A DNA stretch of 64,000 nucleotides from Pseudomonadota bacterium (GTDB taxonomy: Bacteria > Bdellovibrionota > FAC87 > UBA2466). Shown here piece by piece: positions 57,968 through 64,000 of this stretch; the stretch's first letter is position 1, and each line of letters starts with the position of its first letter. The DNA lies in assembly GCA_043767805.1 (NCBI GenBank), contig JAYUGC010000087.1, positions 1 to 64,000 on the forward strand, in the 5' to 3' direction. The position numbers and the translations under genes were made by a program. Under the pieces are notes generated by a model, which did not search any database, was not told the DNA's origin, and worked only from the letters and a program-made list of their open reading frames with translations.

Positions 57968-60937
57968 ATGGACGGCGAGAGCAATTTGACGGGCGTGGCG
58001 ATTATCGGCATGGCGGGACGTTTCCCCGGCGCTTGCGATGTGAACGGGCTATGGCGGATGCTTGCCGAGGGAAAATCCGGCGTCACCATTTTCACCGATG
58101 AAGAGCTCAAAGCGGTCGGCGTTCCCGAAGATCGCTTTCAGTCCCCGGACTTCGTGCGCCGCACGGCTTTGGTCGCCGACGTCGATAAGTTCGATGCCGA
58201 GTTCTTTCAGTTCAGTCCCGGCGAAGCGGAAAAGATTGATCCCCAGCAGCGCCTCTTTCTCGAAGCGTGCTGGGCCGCCATCGAAGACTCAGGATACGAC
58301 CCCTTGGGTGGAAACCGCTCCATCGGTGTCTTCGCCGGTTGCAGCATCAACACCTATCTCCTTCAGAATCTTTTGCCGCGCATGGGCGCGGAGCTGAGCC
58401 TTTCGGGTCTTCAAGCCGGTATCGCGAGCGATAAAGATTTCTTGAGCACCCGCGTTTCGTACAAACTCAATCTCCAGGGACCGAGTCTTACCGTGCAGAC
58501 GGCGTGCTCGACGTCTCTCGTGGCGGTGCATCTCGCGATGCAGAGCCTTCTCCTCGGCGAGTGCGATATGGCGCTCGCGGGCGGCTCGTCGCTCCGCCCG
58601 AACACGCGCGGCTACCTCTTCGAAGAGGGCAGCATTCTTTCTCCGAGCGGCGAATGCCGCCCGTTCGATCACAAAGCTCAGGGCACCATTCCCGGTAACG
58701 GCGTCGGCGTCGTTTTCCTGAAGCGTCTCGAAGACGCGGTCGCCGATCGCGACCCGATTTACGCCGTCATCAAGGGCACGGCGGTCAATAACGACGGTTC
58801 CATGAAGATTGGCTACACCGCGCCGAATCCGGAAGGACAGGCCCGGGTCATTGCCGAGGCGATGGCGGTCGCCGGTATTTCCCCGGAGAGCATCAGCTAC
58901 GTGGAAACCCACGGTACGGGAACACCGCTTGGCGATCCGATCGAGATCGAGGCGTTGTCGCTCGCGCACGGCCAAGAAGCCATGTCCGCGTCGTGCGCGT
59001 TGGGCGCGCTGAAGAGCAACGTCGGTCACATGGACGCCGCGGCCGGTATCGGAGGGCTCATCAAGACGGCTCTGTCCCTTCATCATAAAAAGATCGCGCC
59101 GAGCGCCTATTTCGAAAAGGCGAATCCGAAGCTCGGCTTGGAGCAGACTCGCTTCTTTTTGAGTAACCAGCTCGCCGACTGGAACCACGGCTCGCTTCCC
59201 CGTCGCGCGGGCTTGAGCTCGTTTGGCATGGGCGGCACCAACGCGCACGCCATTCTCGAAGAGGCGCCGCAAGCCACGTTCTCGGCAAGCGAGCAGAAGA
59301 AACACGTGCTCGTACTGAGCGCCGCGAGTGAGGCTTCTCTCGACAGAATGACCCGCGATTTGGCGGTGTTCCTGAAAGACAATCCCGAGGTAAACCTCGC
59401 CGATGTCGCCTACACGCTTCAAGTGGGCCGTCATCCCTGGAAGTTCAGAAAAGTCGTGGCGGGAGCCACCGCGTCTGAAGTGCGGGAAGCCATCGAGCAA
59501 AGAGATCCGACGCGCGTCTTCACTCACACCGTGGGCGAAAAAGTGTCGACTGTATTCTTGTTCCCGGGGCAGGGCGCGCAGTACGCCGGCATGGGCCGTG
59601 ACCTCTATCAGGACGAGCCCGTGTTTCGGGCCGCCATGGATACCTGCGCGGAGTTCTTGAAGCCTTACCTCGATCTCGATTTGCGCAAAGTGCTCTTCGA
59701 GCAGACGGACGACGCGCGCGCCGCCACCACCTTCCTCGAGCAGACTTGGATTACGCAGCCTTCGCTTTTCGCCATCGAGTACTCCTTGGCTCAGCTTTGG
59801 AAGAGCTGGGGCGTCGAGCCCGAAGCGATGCTCGGCCACAGTGTCGGCGAGTACGTCGCGGCTTGCTTGGCCGGGGTCTTCTCCCTGGAAGACGGATTGC
59901 GTCTGGTCGCCGAGCGCGGTCGCTTGATCCACGCTTTGCCCGCGGGCTCCATGCTCTCCGTCAATTTGCCCGCCGAGGAAATTCCTTCCTATGCGTTGGC
60001 CGAGCTCGAAGTGGCGGCTATCAACGCGCCCAACCGCTGCGTCCTCTCGGGAGAGACGGCCAAAGTGGAAGCGGTGATTGAGAAGCTCACCGAGGCCGGC
60101 ATCGAGTGCCGAATGCTGAAAACCTCTCACGCATTTCACTCCGTGATGCTCGACCCCGCGCTACCGGCTTTCCTTAAAGTCCTTGAAGGCGTGAAGCTCT
60201 CGCCTCCCCAGATTCCCTTCCTATCCAACCTGACGGGAACTTGGATTAAGGCGGAACAAGCGACCTCGCCCGAGTACTGGGCGCAGCACGCTCGCCGCGC
60301 GGTCCGTTTTGGTGACGGCATCAGCACCTTGATGAAAGCCGCGCCTCGGCTCTTCATTGAAGTCGGCCCGGGCCGCACGTTGAGCGCGTTCACGAAGCGT
60401 CTGACCGACGCTCAGGTCTTCAATACTTTGCCGCATCCTCAGGAAACGTTCTCCGCCTCGGTCTGCGCCTTGAGCGCGTTCGGCCGGGTTTGGGCGACGG
60501 TGCCGGGCATTCGCCTGGAATCCCGGTACGAGAACGAAACGCGGTCTCGTCTCCATTTACCGACGTATTCTTTTGAGAAGAAGAAGCATTGGATCGACGC
60601 GCCTCTGGTGACTCAAGCGCCCGAGGCGCCGGTGCAAGTGCCGGTCCCTGTCGCGGCGGCCGTCGAAGTTGCGGGGGAGTGCCCTTTGAGCGAAGTCGAG
60701 CAACTCGTCTCCAAGGCCTGGAAGCAAGCGTTGGGCGCGACTCACATCGGCCTGCGCGATAACTTCTTTGAGATCGGGGGCGACTCCATGATCGCGACTC
60801 AAATCGTGAACTCGCTCAAACGCGATCTCGAGGTCGCTTTCCCCGTCGCGCTCCTTCTCCAATCGCAGACCATCCAGAAATTCGCGGTCGCGGTCGAAGA
60901 CCGCCTCATGATCGAGCTGGCGAGGCAAGAAGGCTGA
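57968..60937 (+). CDS. Type I PKS module (KS-AT-ACP)
   Basis: DPQQRLFLE, VQTACSTSL, HGTGT, KSNVGH; AT GHSVGE and HAFH (malonyl type); ACP FFEIGGDSM; no KR/DH/TE. Confidence 0.95.
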   Translation: MDGESNLTGVAIIGMAGRFPGACDVNGLWRMLAEGKSGVTIFTDEELKAVGVPEDRFQSPDFVRRTALVADVDKFDAEFFQFSPGEAEKIDPQQRLFLEACWAAIEDSGYDPLGGNRSIGVFAGCSINTYLLQNLLPRMGAELSLSGLQAGIASDKDFLSTRVSYKLNLQGPSLTVQTACSTSLVAVHLAMQSLLLGECDMALAGGSSLRPNTRGYLFEEGSILSPSGECRPFDHKAQGTIPGNGVGVVFLKRLEDAVADRDPIYAVIKGTAVNNDGSMKIGYTAPNPEGQARVIAEAMAVAGISPESISYVETHGTGTPLGDPIEIEALSLAHGQEAMSASCALGALKSNVGHMDAAAGIGGLIKTALSLHHKKIAPSAYFEKANPKLGLEQTRFFLSNQLADWNHGSLPRRAGLSSFGMGGTNAHAILEEAPQATFSASEQKKHVLVLSAASEASLDRMTRDLAVFLKDNPEVNLADVAYTLQVGRHPWKFRKVVAGATASEVREAIEQRDPTRVFTHTVGEKVSTVFLFPGQGAQYAGMGRDLYQDEPVFRAAMDTCAEFLKPYLDLDLRKVLFEQTDDARAATTFLEQTWITQPSLFAIEYSLAQLWKSWGVEPEAMLGHSVGEYVAACLAGVFSLEDGLRLVAERGRLIHALPAGSMLSVNLPAEEIPSYALAELEVAAINAPNRCVLSGETAKVEAVIEKLTEAGIECRMLKTSHAFHSVMLDPALPAFLKVLEGVKLSPPQIPFLSNLTGTWIKAEQATSPEYWAQHARRAVRFGDGISTLMKAAPRLFIEVGPGRTLSAFTKRLTDAQVFNTLPHPQETFSASVCALSAFGRVWATVPGIRLESRYENETRSRLHLPTYSFEKKKHWIDAPLVTQAPEAPVQVPVPVAAAVEVAGECPLSEVEQLVSKAWKQALGATHIGLRDNFFEIGGDSMIATQIVNSLKRDLEVAFPVALLLQSQTIQKFAVAVEDRLMIELARQEG

Positions 60938-61677
60938 TGCGGGCGGAAACCCACTTCGCCACCGCCGTTTCACCGCTCGCGTGGGATCGTTTTCCCACGA
61001 CCGATGGGGCGGATGAGATTCAGATCTGGCAGGTTCGCCTCGATCTCTCGGAGGCTTCGCTCGCGGTGGGATGGAGCTGGCTGAGTCTCGAGGAAAAGCA
61101 GCGCGCCGAAGCATTTCGCACGGAAGAGTTGCGCTCGCGTTTCGTGGCGGCGCACGGCGCGGTTCGCTATCTGCTCGCGAACGAGCTGGGCACCCGTCCG
61201 GAAACCCTCGAGTTCACCGAGACCGAGCGAGGAAAACCCGTGCTCGTGACGGCCGAGGGCCGGCTCCATTTTAATTTGGCTCATTCCGTCGATCGCATGG
61301 TGCTCGCGCTCTCGCCCTTTTGTCCCATCGGCGTCGACATCGAAGCGCTCGGCCAGGGTCCCATCGAAGACGGGCTCTTGGAGACTTGTCTCACGCCAAG
61401 CGAGCGAGAGTTCTTACTGGCCACGTCGCGGGACGTGCAGCGGGATCTCTTCATTCGGTTCTGGACGGCGAAAGAAGCCGTTCTGAAGGCGGAGGGTTCC
61501 GGCTTCTGGATCGAGCCCAGCCAGGTGGAAGTCGAGCTCGCAAGCGATCTCCTGTCGGGTAGGGCTATGATTTTCGCGGACGATAAGCCCAGCCGAGAGT
61601 TCACCGTGAACGCCCTGGATGTGGGTCCCGATTTCCGAGCGGCCGTGTCCGCCGCCCTCCCGTCCAACCAGGGCTAG
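60937..61677 (+). CDS. Sfp-type 4'-phosphopantetheinyl transferase
   Basis: GKP, FNLAHS, IGVDIE, FWTAKEAVLKA; TGATG overlap with the PKS. Confidence 0.93.
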   Translation: MRAETHFATAVSPLAWDRFPTTDGADEIQIWQVRLDLSEASLAVGWSWLSLEEKQRAEAFRTEELRSRFVAAHGAVRYLLANELGTRPETLEFTETERGKPVLVTAEGRLHFNLAHSVDRMVLALSPFCPIGVDIEALGQGPIEDGLLETCLTPSEREFLLATSRDVQRDLFIRFWTAKEAVLKAEGSGFWIEPSQVEVELASDLLSGRAMIFADDKPSREFTVNALDVGPDFRAAVSAALPSNQG

Positions 61678-61792
61678 GGCGGTTCTCCAGCAAATCCTTA
61701 CCGGCCTTCTGCAATAATGCGTTGAGTAATACGCCCTTCTTAAGTACGGTCTTTGAGATCCGTTCTTACCAGTCTTTTTTTTGGAGGGTTGT

Positions 61793-63442
61793 ATGATGAA
61801 GCTGTTTAATTTCGGTCTCTTATTGTCCATTTTGGCCTTTAGCGCCCAGGGCACGCCTTTGGTCGGTCGCTACCTCGTGGCGGGCGGCGGTTTCTATCCG
61901 GAGCATTCCGAAGTCGTTCTCGAAAAGAACGTGGAGCTCTTCCGGGAAACGGCGACTCTCTTCAATTTGCTCCCGTCGAACCTCTTCACTCTGTTTGCCT
62001 CGGGCACGGACACGACGATTAACGACGTTTCCATTCAGAATCCCGCGCTCGCGGACGAAGAGCTGCTCTTCTCCGTGAACTTCATCAAGGGCGGTCACAA
62101 GAACCTGACCCTCCGGCACAACAAGCTCCCGAATCTTCTCGGCAGCACGGAAGCGAAGCATTTGTCCCAGCAACTCGCCGACGCTTCTAAGGTAGCGTCT
62201 TCGACGGTGCCTTTCCGCTTCTATTACACGGGCCATGGCGCGTACGAGCGTCCGGCCCCGCCGCCTCAGACTCCGAATCCGTTAAACCTCTGGCGCCCTT
62301 TTTTTACCCAGTCTGACTCGGCTCTCACGGGCTCGACCCAGCGGATGTGCGATGCCGATATCCAGAGCGCCTGGGCCGCGAGCCAGCTCGACATTCCGGT
62401 CGCTTCCGTTTCAGCAGCGAAGATGACTCAGTATCGCAAGAACTACATGGCTCTGTGGAACAGCACCCAGATGAACGTCGAAGAGTATACGACTGCGCTC
62501 GACGCATTCCCGGCCGATGCTCCCATCCAGACCGTGATGGTTCAGTGCTTCTCGGGCGGTTTCGCTCAGATGAACTTCGTCAAAGGAGACGCCGGTGGCG
62601 CGGTCTCCAAAGCCAATCGCTGCGGCTTCTTCGCGACCGTTCCTTCTCGCGTCGCCGCGGGTTGCTCGGCCGACATCAATCAGCGCGAAGAGTACAGCCC
62701 GTACTTCCTCGCCGCCATCCGCGGTAAGACCGAGACTGGCCAGGCGGTGAACGCGGATTTCGACGGGGACGGCAAGGTCACCTCCGACGAAGCCCACGCG
62801 TACGTCATCTTGAACGAGCGCGCTTTGGATGTGCCCATCACGACTTCCAGCGCGTTGCTTCGCGAGCTCGACGAAGGCTTGCCCGAAATCGCCTTGAAGG
62901 CCGACTGGGCCTGGTACGAGCAACGCTTCACCAAGATCGAGCGCGCGGTCGTCGACGGTCTCTCCAAAGAGCTCGGATTCGACGCGACGAAGTTCAAGTC
63001 GCCGGTCACCACGATTCGCTCTCAGATCGTGAAGCTCTATGGCGCCCTGAATGCCGCTTCTCAGCAAGCGCAGTATGCGAGCGCGATATTCTCTCAAGGC
63101 TTGAGCCAGATCGTCGCGGAGACGCGTAAGGCCAATCCCATTCTCGATGCCGACTACGAAGTGATCACCAAAGACCCGGCTCGCGTCGCCGACGTGCAAA
63201 AGGCTCGGGATGCTTTCAAGGCGCACGCCCATTACGGCGATCTCTTGAAGCTCTACACCCAGCAGAAACAGCTGCAGGAACAGGCGGACAAGATCCAGCA
63301 CGTCATCGCGAAGGTGGAGCGCTTGGGTTATGCCTTCGAGACGAAAGCTCTGGAAGATTTGCTCGCAAACGCGGGTAACGCCGAGCTCACCGATAAGTAC
63401 CGCCAGCTCAAGGCTTGCGAGCACGAGCCTTTTTTCCGCTAG
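61793..63442 (+). CDS. Secreted caspase/legumain-fold (clan CD) peptidase-like protein
   Basis: Signal peptide; FYYTGHG (His) and MVQCFSGGF (Cys) dyad pattern; EF-hand-like DFDGDGKVTSDEA; helical C-terminus. Confidence 0.7.
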   Translation: MMKLFNFGLLLSILAFSAQGTPLVGRYLVAGGGFYPEHSEVVLEKNVELFRETATLFNLLPSNLFTLFASGTDTTINDVSIQNPALADEELLFSVNFIKGGHKNLTLRHNKLPNLLGSTEAKHLSQQLADASKVASSTVPFRFYYTGHGAYERPAPPPQTPNPLNLWRPFFTQSDSALTGSTQRMCDADIQSAWAASQLDIPVASVSAAKMTQYRKNYMALWNSTQMNVEEYTTALDAFPADAPIQTVMVQCFSGGFAQMNFVKGDAGGAVSKANRCGFFATVPSRVAAGCSADINQREEYSPYFLAAIRGKTETGQAVNADFDGDGKVTSDEAHAYVILNERALDVPITTSSALLRELDEGLPEIALKADWAWYEQRFTKIERAVVDGLSKELGFDATKFKSPVTTIRSQIVKLYGALNAASQQAQYASAIFSQGLSQIVAETRKANPILDADYEVITKDPARVADVQKARDAFKAHAHYGDLLKLYTQQKQLQEQADKIQHVIAKVERLGYAFETKALEDLLANAGNAELTDKYRQLKACEHEPFFR

Positions 63443-63835
63443 GAGCGGGGCTCTTTAAGGTCTTTGCGATTTTCTCGGCTGCCCGGGCTTCCTCGGGCAT
63501 GCCGAGGTCTCGCATGACTTTCGCTTTGTACTCGAAGATGGCGCTGCTGATGCCGATCGGGTTTTCCTGCGAGTAGACTTCTATCGTCTGCAGGGCCGGC
63601 CCGATGTCGCCTTCCTTTATGTCGGGGTCGTATAAGCGTCTGCGAATCTCGTCCGTGCGCATCCAGCCGTATCTCTCACTGGGAATGACCCAATGCCCTT
63701 TTCCGTGAGCCGCGGCGACTCGCGTGGCTTCGTCGTTCTGGGCGTCGATTTCCTCTCTTGCTTGGCGCGCTCGAGGAGACGGATGTCTTGATCTTGGGGA
63801 TTTCTCCGGGCGATGGATTGGACGTCCTTCAGCAT
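63408..63835 (-). pseudogene. Possible frameshifted hypothetical gene
   Basis: Two overlapping frames join into a protein-like sequence near 63755. Confidence 0.3.
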
Positions 63836-64000
63836 GGACTATCGGAATGCGGGGCGAAGACGAAAGGTCGCAAGGTCAGTTTCCCGCCCTCCCGCCGTTT
63901 CGCGGTGGTCTATGGCTCGTGATTGGCTCGCCCATGGCTCCCTTATACAAATAGATAAGTGTTTTATCGTTCTGTCCAAATATCGCAAACGGGACAGTAG

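Noticed and set aside
58289..60139. 616-aa minus-strand ORF
   Set aside because: Antisense shadow of the PKS gene

Overview
GC-rich, gene-dense bacterial chromosome segment. The abundance of secreted orphan proteins, an SseB gene and a stand-alone mreB suggest a Bdellovibrionota/deltaproteobacteria-like organism (inference only). It opens with tRNA-Thr(GGT)-tuf and continues through housekeeping and stress genes: two glycosyltransferases, copper amine oxidase, ndh, photolyase, SMR exporter, two radical SAM enzymes, tcdA, tatD, DEAD-box helicase, mreB, a 2882-aa cyclic beta-1,2-glucan synthase and DUF2252. Many signal-peptide orphans are interleaved. The right end holds a compact seven-gene hybrid NRPS-PKS cluster (DAHP synthase, PanE-like reductase, keto-acid-type A-T loader, MFS, C-A-T, KS-AT-ACP, Sfp PPTase; no thioesterase), preceded by an internal aroA fragment. 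The most striking observations are (1) this cluster, which appears to split the usual A-KR-T starter module into A-T plus a free ketopantoate-reductase-family enzyme, and (2) four unrelated secreted orphans, including a kinase-like and a GGDEF/palm-like protein, whose only cysteine sits just after the signal peptide in a shared C-x3-hydrophobic-x2-hydrophobic motif. No CRISPR array, transposase or rRNA was seen. All calls come from motif reading by eye; no database searches were run.
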